A DNA stretch of 64,000 nt from the NCBI GenBank assembly GCA_016213135.1, contig JACRBQ010000028.1, positions 7,284 through 71,283 of the forward strand. The letters are read 5' to 3'. The stretch is from Chloroflexota bacterium. Lineage in GTDB: Bacteria > Chloroflexota > Anaerolineae > Anaerolineales > VGOW01. Both the position numbers and the translations under genes were made by a program. Of the stretch, positions 19,741 through 28,565 are shown piece by piece; position 1 is the first letter of the stretch, and every line of letters starts with the position of its first letter. The notes under the pieces were generated by a model that saw only the letters and a list, made by a program, of their open reading frames with translations, was not told the origin of the DNA and made no database searches.

Positions 19741-21585
19741 GTGACTCGAAGGACTCGAAAACAACCCACCGCTCCATCCCGCTCGTGGCGGCGCATGGAT
19801 CTGCATCTGCACACTCCCGCCTCCAGCGACTACCAGGAACCTAAAGTGACCTGGCTCGACATTCTGCGCCGCGCCGAAACGCGCGGCCTCGACATCATCG
19901 GCATCGCCGACCACAACACCGTCGACGGCTATCGCACCCTGCGCGCCGAACTGGACGAACTGCAACTGCTGGAGCGGCTCAACCGCCTGCGTCCCGACGA
20001 AAAGAAACGCCTCGACGACTATCGCCGCCTGCTGGCCAAAATCCTCGTCCTGCCCGGCTTTGAATTCACAGCCACGTTCGGCTTTCACATCATCGGGCTG
20101 TTCGACCCCGCCACGCTCGTTCGCGATCTCGAACACATTCTGCTCAACCTCAATGTCCCCTCCAGCCAGCTCGACCTCGGCTCCTCCACCGTGGGGGCCA
20201 CCGCCGACGTGCTCACCGCCTATCGCCTGATCGACGAGGCCGGGGGTATCGTCATCGCCGCCCATGCCAACTCTTCCAACGGTGTGGCGATGCGCGGCTT
20301 CAACTTCGGCGGACAGACCAAGATTGCCTACACTCAGGACCCGCACCTGCACGCCCTCGAGGTGACCGACCTCGAGCACAAGAGCCGCCGCACCACCGCC
20401 GCATTCTTCGACGGCAGCAAATCCGAATACCCGCGCCGCATGCACTGCATTCAAGGCTCCGACTCGCATCGCCTGCGCGGCGACGGCAAGAACGTCAAAA
20501 ATCTCGGCCTCGGCGACCGCGCCACCGAAGTGATGCTGGAGGAAGTCACCTTCGCCGCGCTGCGCCGCCTTTTCCTCGGCGACGACTTCAGCGCCACCCG
20601 GCCTGCCCGCGCCGCCGCCGACGAAACCTTCGACGATGTGCAAGCCGCCCGCCTCCTCGGCCCCGGCCCGGCGCAGAGCTTCCACCCCGTCCTCAGCTTT
20701 CGCGGCGGCAAGCTCAACCCTGTCCTCGCCGACGTTTGCGCCTTTGCCAACACCGGCGGTGGCGTCGTGTATATCGGTGCGAGCGGCGACGCCAGACATG
20801 CTCCGGCCGGATTGGCGCAGGCGGCGAGCGCGCTGGCTAAACTGCAAAAAGAAATTTCCGCCAAGATTACCCCGGCGCTCAACGTCACGATTGACAAACA
20901 GGAAACGCGCGGCAAGGTCGTGCTGCGCGTCGTCGTTCCCCGTGGCGACGAAACGCCCTACGCCGTGGACGGCAACCAGATTTTTCTCCGGCGGGTTACC
21001 GAGACCACCCTCGCCGTGCGCGACGAAATCGTGCAGCTCATTACGCGGGGACGCCGCTCGCTGACGGCGACTCTGCCGCCGGTGGACACGGGCGCGCCCG
21101 TGGCTGATCAGCCTGCGGCCCAACCCAGGCGATCTCGCAGCCGGCGCTCGCGCTCCGGCGCGCGCGCCCATGCCGCCGTGGCTCCACGTTCCACACCCGC
21201 ACCCGAGCGCCCCCCGGAATCGGTTGTAGCGGGGGGGCCGCTGCCGCGCACCGGAGTCGAAATCGTGGCCTCCGAGAATCGCAAGGGCAAGCTCTATCAC
21301 ACCGTGCGCGATCTGCGCAACGGCAACGTCGTCAAAAATGTCACCCGTTCGTCGGCCCGGCACCTGTGGCGCTACGCCATTCTGCAACTCGAAACCGCCG
21401 CCCCCGATGAGGCCGCCATTGAATGGCGCGGCGACGCGGCTCTGATTGGCACGCAGCACATCGGCGCAATCAGCCGCTACGATTTCGCCCAGCGCAACCC
21501 CGGCGGCATGCGCCTGTTCTACGGCGTCACCGACGACGGCCTGCCCGACGAATGGAAGGCGCTGGTGAGCGCCAGCGAGGTTTAG
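19741..21585 (+). CDS. PHP-domain phosphoesterase fused to an AlbA_2 (Schlafen-like) domain, an Arg/Ser-rich linker and an unknown C-terminal domain
   Basis: PHP motifs [42 protein letters not shown]. AlbA_2-like [27 protein letters not shown]. Linker [15 protein letters not shown]. The start could be the ATG at 19795. Confidence 0.75.
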   Translation: MTRRTRKQPTAPSRSWRRMDLHLHTPASSDYQEPKVTWLDILRRAETRGLDIIGIADHNTVDGYRTLRAELDELQLLERLNRLRPDEKKRLDDYRRLLAKILVLPGFEFTATFGFHIIGLFDPATLVRDLEHILLNLNVPSSQLDLGSSTVGATADVLTAYRLIDEAGGIVIAAHANSSNGVAMRGFNFGGQTKIAYTQDPHLHALEVTDLEHKSRRTTAAFFDGSKSEYPRRMHCIQGSDSHRLRGDGKNVKNLGLGDRATEVMLEEVTFAALRRLFLGDDFSATRPARAAADETFDDVQAARLLGPGPAQSFHPVLSFRGGKLNPVLADVCAFANTGGGVVYIGASGDARHAPAGLAQAASALAKLQKEISAKITPALNVTIDKQETRGKVVLRVVVPRGDETPYAVDGNQIFLRRVTETTLAVRDEIVQLITRGRRSLTATLPPVDTGAPVADQPAAQPRRSRSRRSRSGARAHAAVAPRSTPAPERPPESVVAGGPLPRTGVEIVASENRKGKLYHTVRDLRNGNVVKNVTRSSARHLWRYAILQLETAAPDEAAIEWRGDAALIGTQHIGAISRYDFAQRNPGGMRLFYGVTDDGLPDEWKALVSASEV

Positions 21586-21597
21586 CCGCCTGCTTTC

Positions 21598-22017
21598 ATG
21601 ATCCGCCCGTTTGACCTTGACCGCGACTACGAGGCCGCCCTGCGCCTGTGGCGCGCCGCCGGCCCCGGCGTCAACGTCAGCCCCTCCGATTCGCGTGATG
21701 CGTTGGCTCTCAAACTCACCCGCGACCCCGATCTGTTTCTTGTGGCCGGTGACGAGGCGGGGCAACTCATCGGCACGGTCATCGGCGGCTTCGACGGGCG
21801 GCGGGGGCTGGTGTATCACCTGGCCGTGGCCGCCGGGCACCGCGGGCGCGGACTGGGCACGGCCCTGATGGCCGAACTGGAGCGCCGCCTCAAGGCCAAA
21901 GGTTGTCACAAGTATTACTTGCTCATCACGCCCGACAATCCATCTGTGGCCGACTTTTATCGCCGCCTCGACTGGGATTTCATGCCCATGCAAATCATGG
22001 GAAAGGTGATCGAATGA
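21598..22017 (+). CDS. GNAT family N-acetyltransferase
   Basis: LVYHLAVAAGHRGRGLGTALMAELERRL acetyl-CoA-binding motif. Confidence 0.8.
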   Translation: MIRPFDLDRDYEAALRLWRAAGPGVNVSPSDSRDALALKLTRDPDLFLVAGDEAGQLIGTVIGGFDGRRGLVYHLAVAAGHRGRGLGTALMAELERRLKAKGCHKYYLLITPDNPSVADFYRRLDWDFMPMQIMGKVIE

Positions 22018-22514
22018 ACGTCGGCATCCTCACCATTTCCGACCGTTCCTTCCGCGGCGAGCGGCCCGACGCGGGCGGCCCGCTCATTGCCCAGATCGTC
22101 GGCGACCGGCTGGGCTGGGATTGCTCGCTTACCGCCGTCGTCCCCGACGAATTTGATCACATTCGCGACACGCTTATGGCCTGGGCCGATGCCGACCGCG
22201 CTGCGCTCATCCTCACCACCGGGGGTACCGGCTTCGCCCCGCGCGACGTGACGCCCGAAGCCACCCGCGCCGTCATCGAGCGCGAAGCCCCCGGCATCCC
22301 CGAAGCCTTGCGCGCCGCCAGCCTGATCATTACCAAACATGCCATGCTCTCCCGCGCCGTCGCCGGAATCCGCAAGCACACGCTCATCGTCAATCTGCCG
22401 GGCAATCCCAAAGCCGTGCGCGAGAATTTGGAAGTGCTGCTTCCTGTTTTGCCGCACGCGGTGGAGTTGGTGAGGGGAGATGCAGGGGCGGAGCAGGGGC
22501 ATAGAACAGTGTAA
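22014..22514 (+). CDS. mogA: molybdopterin adenylyltransferase MogA/MoaB family
   Basis: MNVGILTISDR...LILTTGGTGFAPRDVTPEAT...NLPGNPKA. The ATGA overlap joins it to the GNAT stop. Confidence 0.87.
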   Translation: MNVGILTISDRSFRGERPDAGGPLIAQIVGDRLGWDCSLTAVVPDEFDHIRDTLMAWADADRAALILTTGGTGFAPRDVTPEATRAVIEREAPGIPEALRAASLIITKHAMLSRAVAGIRKHTLIVNLPGNPKAVRENLEVLLPVLPHAVELVRGDAGAEQGHRTV

Positions 22515-22565
22515 TCGGGCTGCTGAATAGCAGTATAATCTCTGCGTATTCAAGGAGTGTGCGCC

Positions 22566-22811
22566 ATGCCTGCTCAAACGAATGTACCGCCTCCCTTACT
22601 CCAACATTCGGCCGAAATTCTGGGCGGTGCGCTTGTGTTCGGTGGAACTCGCGTGCCGTTTCAAACTCTGATTGACTATCTCAAGGCTGGCGACACGCTT
22701 GACGATTTCCTCGACGATTTTCCCTCAGTGACTCGCGAACAAGCGTTTGAAGTATTAGAGCTTGCCCAAGAAGCAATCGTGAGAGAGATCGATGCGAGTC
22801 CTGTTGGATGA
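22566..22811 (+). CDS. DUF433 antitoxin-like protein
   Basis: GGTRVPFQTLIDYLKAGDTLDDFLDDFPSVTREQAFEVLE. ATG at 22566 lies 8 nt after an AAGGAG RBS. Confidence 0.72.
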   Translation: MPAQTNVPPPLLQHSAEILGGALVFGGTRVPFQTLIDYLKAGDTLDDFLDDFPSVTREQAFEVLELAQEAIVREIDASPVG

Positions 22812-23112
22812 GTGTCTCCCCAGAAAACTAAAAAACGAGTTCGTGGAGAATCAAACCGCGACCGTGCCGGACATGGGTTGGGCCGGCAAGAAAAATGGCG
22901 AGTTGATACATCTGGCCGCGGGCGAGTTCCAAGCATTCATCACAATCGATCAAAACTTGACTTTTCAACAGAATCTTGCCACTTCCACGCTAGCTGTGGT
23001 CATGTTTGTTGCGCCTGATAGTCGACTGGAGACGCTGAAGCCGTTAGTGCCAGGAGTGGAAAAAGCATTGCGAACGGCACAACCCGGCGACGTTATTCAC
23101 ATAGGTTATTGA
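22792..23112 (+). CDS. DUF5615 / Mut7-C PIN-like putative toxin
   Basis: MRVLLDECLPRKLKNEF...AFITIDQNL. It overlaps the DUF433 gene by 20 nt, the classic pairing. Confidence 0.68.
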   Translation: MRVLLDECLPRKLKNEFVENQTATVPDMGWAGKKNGELIHLAAGEFQAFITIDQNLTFQQNLATSTLAVVMFVAPDSRLETLKPLVPGVEKALRTAQPGDVIHIGY

Positions 23113-23113
23113 C

Positions 23114-24496
23114 ATGAAACTCTCCTACTCTCAAAAACTACTCTACGCCGCCGGTTCGCTTGGCGTCGCCCTTTCGTATCAAGCCTTCGGCACGTACATT
23201 CAATTCCTCTACATTGATATTCTCGGCCTCAAAGCTTCGCTGGTCGGCATCGGCTGGAGTCTGTACGGCATTTGGAATGCGGTCAACGATCCGCTGGCCG
23301 GATACTTGTCGGACAACACCCGCACTCGCTGGGGCCGGCGCATTCCATGGATTGTCAGCACGTTCATCCCCGTCGGCTTATTTTTCTACTTGCTCTGGGT
23401 TCCGCCCTCGCCGCTCATCAAAGGCGGGCAGACTCCGTTGTTCATCTACTTCATGGCCGTCGTCCTGCTCTTCGATTTGCTGTGGACGATCATCGTGATG
23501 AACTGGACGGCGCTCTTCCCCGAAATGATCCCCGACGAAAAAGAACGCGCTACCGTCTCCGGCTGGCGGCAGTTCTTTTCGCTCATCGGGCTTCTGCTCG
23601 GCGTGGCCCTGCCGCCCATCCTGGTCGGCGCGGATTGGAGCGGGCGCGGCGGTATGGCGTTGACGTTTGCCGCCATTACTTCGATCACGTTCGGCATTTC
23701 ATTATTGGGCAGTAAAGAGAATCTGGCTATTCAACACGAAAAACAGCCGCCGTTCATTCCGGCGATTAAGGCGTCACTCCAAAGCATTGCCTTCCGCTGG
23801 TTTCTGGTTGCCAACCTGCACAAAGAATTCATTTACAGCATCATGACGGCTTCGATTCCATTTTGGGCGAAATACGTGTTGAAGATTCAGGCGCCGGTCC
23901 AATTGTTCGGCGCGGAGCTGGACGCCGGGATACAGAACTCGCTTTTGCTCGGCCTGGCCTTCATTATGGCCCTGCCTGGCCTGCCCATTTGGACGGCGGT
24001 TGCCAAACGAGTCGGCGGGCGGCGCGGCTGGCAAATTTCGCAAGGCACGTTTGCGCTCTCGATGATCTTGTTGTTCCTGGCCAATGATTTCTTTCAAGGC
24101 ATCGCCGCCACGTCCATCCTCGGCCTCAGCCTGGCCGGTCTGCTCGTCTTCCCTGATCTATTGATCTCCGACGTGATCGACGAAGACGAAACGGTGACCG
24201 GCGCGCGGCGCGAAGGCATGTATTTTGGCATGAACGGATTCATCATCCGCTTTGCCTTTTCGATGCAAGGGATCACCACCGGCGTGATCCTCTACCTGAG
24301 CGGCTACGTCCACTCCACCGCCGAAGATTTGTATCCGGCCCAACCGCCGCTGGCCGTGCTAGGCATTCGCGCCATGACCGCCTTTGTGCCAATCCTTGCC
24401 TCCGCCGTCGTCATTTTTGCCCTCAGCCGCTATCCACTGCACGGCGAGCGGTTGAAAGCCTTGCGCGGCAGGGTAGCTTTATTGAGGGACAGATGA
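23114..24496 (+). CDS. GPH-family (MelB-like) glycoside/cation symporter, MFS superfamily
   Basis: YAAGSLGVALSYQAFGTYIQFLYIDILGL, NDPLAGYLSDNTRTRWGRRIPWI, about 12 TM helices. Confidence 0.87.
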   Translation: MKLSYSQKLLYAAGSLGVALSYQAFGTYIQFLYIDILGLKASLVGIGWSLYGIWNAVNDPLAGYLSDNTRTRWGRRIPWIVSTFIPVGLFFYLLWVPPSPLIKGGQTPLFIYFMAVVLLFDLLWTIIVMNWTALFPEMIPDEKERATVSGWRQFFSLIGLLLGVALPPILVGADWSGRGGMALTFAAITSITFGISLLGSKENLAIQHEKQPPFIPAIKASLQSIAFRWFLVANLHKEFIYSIMTASIPFWAKYVLKIQAPVQLFGAELDAGIQNSLLLGLAFIMALPGLPIWTAVAKRVGGRRGWQISQGTFALSMILLFLANDFFQGIAATSILGLSLAGLLVFPDLLISDVIDEDETVTGARREGMYFGMNGFIIRFAFSMQGITTGVILYLSGYVHSTAEDLYPAQPPLAVLGIRAMTAFVPILASAVVIFALSRYPLHGERLKALRGRVALLRDR

Positions 24497-24499
24497 TTC

Positions 24500-24585
24500 A
24501 CCGCAGAGACGTAGAGAAGCGCCGAGAGCGCAGAGAAGTTGATAAAATCTCTGCGAACTCCGCGCGAACTCCGCGTCTCTGCGGT
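24500..24585. repeat. 86-bp hairpin element, family A (ACCGCAGAGACG ... CGTCTCTGCGGT)
   Basis: 12-bp terminal inverted repeats. A second copy lies at 39736..39822, and a variant with the same architecture lies at 29597..29683. Confidence 0.85.
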
Positions 24586-24591
24586 TAATAC

Positions 24592-26034
24592 GTGCATCGC
24601 CTCGAAGCCCGCGAAGGCTCTTCACAAGTCACCACCCGCTCGGTGGCTGCCGCGCTGCGCCTGCAGCACCTCGACGTGTACGAATTGCCCGCGTGGCAAA
24701 AGGCGGGCCTCACGCTGCTCAACTCTTTCCCCGCCGCGCTCATCCGCGTCATCGAACTCAACTACTCCGTCTCGGGCCTCGACCATGCCCTTGCCCGCAC
24801 CGTCCGCACCGCCGACCTGGTTCGGGAGTCGTTGGCGCATTACGAAGGGTTGGAGGGGCCATTCGAGGCCGTGGTCATCGGCGCGGCGGGGCAGGGGGCC
24901 GCGCATCTCGCCGTCGCGCTGGGCGCGCCCTTCCTCCCGCAACCGTTCGTCCTCGGCTTTCGCGGCGGCGGCTCCAAAGCCGACGACGCCCGCGCCGCCC
25001 AGCGCAGCGGGCAGGCCCTCTCCGAACTCATCCTCGCCAACAACCCGGACGTGTGCATCGTCAATCACTTCGACCCGATTCACGACGGCCGGTTCACGCC
25101 GTACATCACCCATGCCCGGCTCAAGCTCATCGAACTGCACGAGGAGTACGCCGCCTTCGTCCGCTCGCGCCTCAAGCCGGGCGGGGCGCTCGTGTTCCTC
25201 GACTGCACCGCGCCCTGGCCGCAGTTCCGCATTGGCCCGCGCCTCACGTTTCAAATCGGCGGCTGGGGCGGCATTGCCCCGAGCGAATACCTCGACGGCA
25301 GCCCGCGCATTGACGCCATGAAAGCCGCGCAAGGCTCGCCGCACCGCGGCGGCTGGCGCGTGGATTTTCCGCTGGAGCAGCAGCCGGAGTCGGAGTGGGG
25401 CACGGCCCCCGGCCTGCGCGAGTCGGTGCGCGCCTTTGCCGAGCGCGAGGGCTATCGGTTCGTCCCGGTCACAGCGGTTGAGCCGGAGCAATTGGGCGAA
25501 CTGGCATTCCTTGCCCACGCGCGTCTCTACGAAAAAGAAGGCCGCGAGCCGGCGGGCACGCTGGTTGAAATGTTCACTCGCACCGACCCCGCCGCCGCCC
25601 GCCTCGCCGCGCTGCTGCCGTGCTGGATCATTTGGAACACTACCGAGTCCCTGGCCTTCCTCCAGCGGATGCTTCCGCGCTTCCCGCAAAACAAGCCCAT
25701 CCTTTTCACCCCGCTGGCAAACTTTGTCGTCACCCCGGACCTCGTGCCGTGGGCGCAATGGGCCGCCACTTTCGCCGGTCGCCAGTGGCAAGCCCTCGGC
25801 TGGAATCCCGACCGCTGGCCCTCGGATGCGCCCGCCATGTGGCGGCCCACCGAAGCACTGGCGCGCTACTGCGAGGCTCACCCCAACCCCATGCGCGCCA
25901 CCCTTACCATAGATGAACTGGTTGACTGCACGAAGCAAATCAACATCCCCTCGCCCGACGGAGCCTCCCCAACGAAGCCGCCAAGCGGTGAAGTCGAGGA
26001 ACGCAGCCGCCGCCCGCGCTATTGCGAAGGGTGA
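24592..26034 (+). CDS. hypothetical protein (no family recognised)
   Basis: Of three overlapping long ORFs, only this frame has balanced composition (W, F, Y, E, D, K present). The other two are R/P/S/A-rich or G/R/A/V-rich off-frame artefacts. GTG start, uncertain. Confidence 0.55.
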   Translation: MHRLEAREGSSQVTTRSVAAALRLQHLDVYELPAWQKAGLTLLNSFPAALIRVIELNYSVSGLDHALARTVRTADLVRESLAHYEGLEGPFEAVVIGAAGQGAAHLAVALGAPFLPQPFVLGFRGGGSKADDARAAQRSGQALSELILANNPDVCIVNHFDPIHDGRFTPYITHARLKLIELHEEYAAFVRSRLKPGGALVFLDCTAPWPQFRIGPRLTFQIGGWGGIAPSEYLDGSPRIDAMKAAQGSPHRGGWRVDFPLEQQPESEWGTAPGLRESVRAFAEREGYRFVPVTAVEPEQLGELAFLAHARLYEKEGREPAGTLVEMFTRTDPAAARLAALLPCWIIWNTTESLAFLQRMLPRFPQNKPILFTPLANFVVTPDLVPWAQWAATFAGRQWQALGWNPDRWPSDAPAMWRPTEALARYCEAHPNPMRATLTIDELVDCTKQINIPSPDGASPTKPPSGEVEERSRRPRYCEG

Positions 26035-26108
26035 TTCGGAGATTGCCTTCAATGCTACAATACGGGTAGCTGCTCAGGCCTTCCGCATTGGCGCATCATC
26101 GAGAACAG

Positions 26109-26156
26109 CGGATCATCCGAATTGAGCGGATCGATCCGTTAAATTCGGCGAATCCG
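26109..26156. repeat. intergenic hairpin element (CGGATCATCCGAAT ... ATTCGGCGAATCCG)
   Basis: Imperfect inverted arms around the GGATCGATCC palindrome. Confidence 0.5.
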
Positions 26157-26177
26157 TAGTTCTTTAGTGATTGGGCT

Positions 26178-28565
26178 GTGCAGTTACAAAACCCCTTCGT
26201 GACCCCCACACCCCCACACCCCCACACCCCCACACTCACACATCGCGACCTCGCCGCGCTCGCCCTCCTCTTCCTCGCCGCCTTCGCCTTCTGCTGGCCC
26301 ATCTTCGCCCCCGGCTGGATCATCCCGCAGGGCGGCGGCGACCTCGTCTCCTTCCTCTGGCCTACCTACCGCTACGCCGCGCGCGTGCTTCATAGTCAAC
26401 CTTGCGCCTCTTTCTCCACAATGTTCAATCCGCAATCTGCAATCTGCAATCTGCAATCTGCATATTCCGCCCTCCTCTGGAACCCCACCCTCTACTCCGG
26501 CGCGCCCTTCGCCGCCGATAACCAGACCGGACTCTTCTACCCCCCGAACCTCGTTGCGTTTCTCCTCTTTCCCGACCTGCCCTACGCCGCCCTCGAAACC
26601 CTCGTCGCCCTGCACCTCTTCCTCGCCGGGGTCGGCGCCTACCTCTTCGTGCGTTTGGAGTTTCCGGCGAGAGATTCGAAGTTGGAAGTTGGAAATTTGA
26701 AATTTGAAGTTGGAAGTTGGAAGTTTGAAGCTGGCCTCGTCTCCGCCCTTGCCTTCATGGCCTCCGACGTATTCATCACCCACCTCGGCAACTACAACAT
26801 CGTCGCCGTCTCTGCTTACCTCCCCTTCATCTTTCTCTGTCTTCGCCGCTCCCTCTCCCATACCCCCACACCCCCATACTCGTCCGTCAAATGGTCTGTG
26901 TTAGCAGGTCTGTCCCTCGGCCTCGCCGCCCTCGCCGGCCACGCCCAGATGACCCTCATCCTCGCCTTCGCCTGCGCCCTCTACACCCTCTACCACCTCC
27001 TCACTCACATCCCGTCACTCCTCACGCCTCGCGCCTCACTGCTCACTGATCACAGGCCACTGCCCACTGGTCACCGCCCACTGCTCGCTGCCCACTGGCC
27101 CCTGCTCACTATTCCTCTCGTCGCCTTCGGCCTCGCCGCCATCGCCCTCCTGCCCGCCCTGCAAATGGTCGGCTACACCGCCCGCACCGCCCTCAGCTAC
27201 ACCGACGCCTCGCGCTGGAGCCTCCCGCCCCTCGGCCTCGCCGGAGCCGTCAGCCCGCTCGTCTTCGGGCGCGGCGCGCGCGACTTCTGGCCGACGTGGG
27301 ATCGCGTCGAATTCGGCTACATGGGCATCGTGGCCCTCAGCCTTGCCGCCCTCGCCCGCAAGCCGCGTTTCTTCATCGCCCTCGCCCTCGTCGCCCTCGT
27401 CATCGCCCTGGGCCGCTACACCCCCGTTCATCAACTCCTCTTTCAGTTCGTTCCCGGATTCGCTTCCATTCGCGTCCCGGCCCGCTTCATCCTCCTCACT
27501 AACTTTTCCCTCGCCGTCCTCGCCGGTCACTCATTGATTGAAAAACGAAACCGCCCATGGATCATCCTTGCGGCAGTGGCCCTCGCCTCGACCCTCCTCA
27601 TCCTTGCCGCCGATCTGGCCTGGGCGCATCCCCCGGCGTGGGGGGCCATCATCACCACCCTGGCCCTCATCGCCGCCACCGCCCTCCTCTACCAGCGCGC
27701 CCCGGCCCTCCTCCCGCTCTTCCTCTTCGCCGAACTCTTCACCTTTGGCGCATTCGTCGAAACCGACCGCGCCGATCCAAACGCCGGCTACACCCGTGGC
27801 CCCGCCCTCGACTACCTGCTTGCCCAACCCGGCCCCACCCGCATCGACCTTGCCACTTCGCAATGGCAGCCCGATGCCCCTGCCGTGTTCGGCCTCGAAT
27901 CGATCACCGGCATCGCCAACCCGCTCGCCCTCGCCGCCTATGACCGCTACTACTGGTCCGTGGGCTACCGTGGCTCGCCGCAATATAACTTCCTCGGCGC
28001 GCAATTCGTCGTCGCCGACAAAAACCACCCTCCCGCCGACAGCAGCTTTGTTCCCGTCTTCAACGAAGACCCTGCCGTAGACGTTTATCTCAACACCAAC
28101 GCCATGCCCCGCATCAGCCTCATCACCGACCCCGTCTTCGTCCCCGACCCGGGCTCTGCCTTCGCTGCTATCCACGACCCGGCCTTCAACCCCGCCGCCC
28201 AAGTCGTACTCGAAAGTCAGGCGTCAGCGGTCAGCGGCCAGCCATCGGCTAACACGAATCTCTTTTACACCGCGTATGCGCCCGGCCAATTCACCATCGT
28301 CGCCCAAACCCCGGCCCCGGCCTACCTCGTCCTCGCCGAAGTGTGGTACCCCGGCTGGGTCGCCACCCTCAACGGGCAACCCGCGCCCATCCTTCGCGCG
28401 GACACTGCCTTCATGGCCGTGCTCCTTCCCGCAGGCGAAAGCACCGTCGCCTTCCATTTCACCTCGCCCCTGCTCACCCTCGGCGCAATCATCACCCTCA
28501 TCACTCTCCTCGCCTCTGTGATTCTGTTGTTCATCCTTCATCCTTCATCGTTCATCCTTCCATGA
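26178..28565 (+). CDS. YfhO-family polytopic membrane glycosyltransferase-like protein carrying several in-frame oligomer arrays
   Basis: LWNPTLYSGAPFAADNQTGLFYPPNL near the N-terminus and LAEVWYPGWVATLNGQPAPILRADTAFMAVLLPAGESTVAFHF near the C-terminus, both typical of YfhO. The start is uncertain (GTG at 26178 or 26199). Confidence 0.7.
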   Translation: MQLQNPFVTPTPPHPHTPTLTHRDLAALALLFLAAFAFCWPIFAPGWIIPQGGGDLVSFLWPTYRYAARVLHSQPCASFSTMFNPQSAICNLQSAYSALLWNPTLYSGAPFAADNQTGLFYPPNLVAFLLFPDLPYAALETLVALHLFLAGVGAYLFVRLEFPARDSKLEVGNLKFEVGSWKFEAGLVSALAFMASDVFITHLGNYNIVAVSAYLPFIFLCLRRSLSHTPTPPYSSVKWSVLAGLSLGLAALAGHAQMTLILAFACALYTLYHLLTHIPSLLTPRASLLTDHRPLPTGHRPLLAAHWPLLTIPLVAFGLAAIALLPALQMVGYTARTALSYTDASRWSLPPLGLAGAVSPLVFGRGARDFWPTWDRVEFGYMGIVALSLAALARKPRFFIALALVALVIALGRYTPVHQLLFQFVPGFASIRVPARFILLTNFSLAVLAGHSLIEKRNRPWIILAAVALASTLLILAADLAWAHPPAWGAIITTLALIAATALLYQRAPALLPLFLFAELFTFGAFVETDRADPNAGYTRGPALDYLLAQPGPTRIDLATSQWQPDAPAVFGLESITGIANPLALAAYDRYYWSVGYRGSPQYNFLGAQFVVADKNHPPADSSFVPVFNEDPAVDVYLNTNAMPRISLITDPVFVPDPGSAFAAIHDPAFNPAAQVVLESQASAVSGQPSANTNLFYTAYAPGQFTIVAQTPAPAYLVLAEVWYPGWVATLNGQPAPILRADTAFMAVLLPAGESTVAFHFTSPLLTLGAIITLITLLASVILLFILHPSSFILP
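26203..26242. repeat. tandem octamer array (CCCCCACA)x4-5 inside the YfhO-like ORF
   Basis: Four perfect units plus a degenerate one, translated as TPTPPHPHTPTLTH. A related array of three units lies at 26856..26879. Confidence 0.85.
26424..26465. repeat. tandem heptamer array (TGCAATC-type, 6 units) inside the YfhO-like ORF
   Basis: TTCAATC CGCAATC TGCAATC x3 TGCATAT. 42 bp = 14 codons (FNPQSAICNLQSAY). Confidence 0.85.
26676..26731. repeat. tandem heptamer array (TGGAAGT/TTGAAAT-type, 8 units) inside the YfhO-like ORF
   Basis: TCGAAGT TGGAAGT TGGAAAT TTGAAAT TTGAAGT TGGAAGT TGGAAGT TTGAAGC, translated as SKLEVGNLKFEVGSWKFEA. Confidence 0.85.
27002..27113. repeat. tandem heptamer array (CACTGCT-type, about 16 units) inside the YfhO-like ORF
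   Basis: CACTGCT CACTGAT CACAGGC CACTGCC CACTGGT CACCGCC CACTGCT CGCTGCC CACTGGC CCCTGCT CACTATT, preceded by 5 degenerate units. This gives a 7-aa protein periodicity (LLTDHRP LPTGHRP LLAAHWP). Confidence 0.8.
28526..28560. repeat. tandem heptamer array (ATCCTTC/ATCGTTC, 5 units) at the 3' end of the YfhO-like ORF
   Basis: GTTGTTC ATCCTTC ATCCTTC ATCGTTC ATCCTTC. This is the same family, in reverse orientation, as the array at 60152..60210. Confidence 0.8.

Noticed and set aside
19717-21993. 758-aa minus-strand ORF
   Set aside because: It is antisense to the PHP/AlbA_2 and GNAT genes, which carry clear motifs. Its composition is G/A/R/V-rich, typical of the antisense frame in GC-rich DNA, and it has no recognisable motif.
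22511-22539. TATAAT box upstream of the DUF433 gene as a promoter
   Set aside because: The -10 box is perfect, but the best -35 candidate (GTAATC) is poor. That is too weak to call from sequence alone.
24539-26052. Alternative frames over the orphan gene (24539..25321 + and 24622..26052 -)
   Set aside because: Their compositions are R/S/P/T/A-rich and G/R/A/V-rich, typical of off-frame translation. The 24592 frame has balanced composition.
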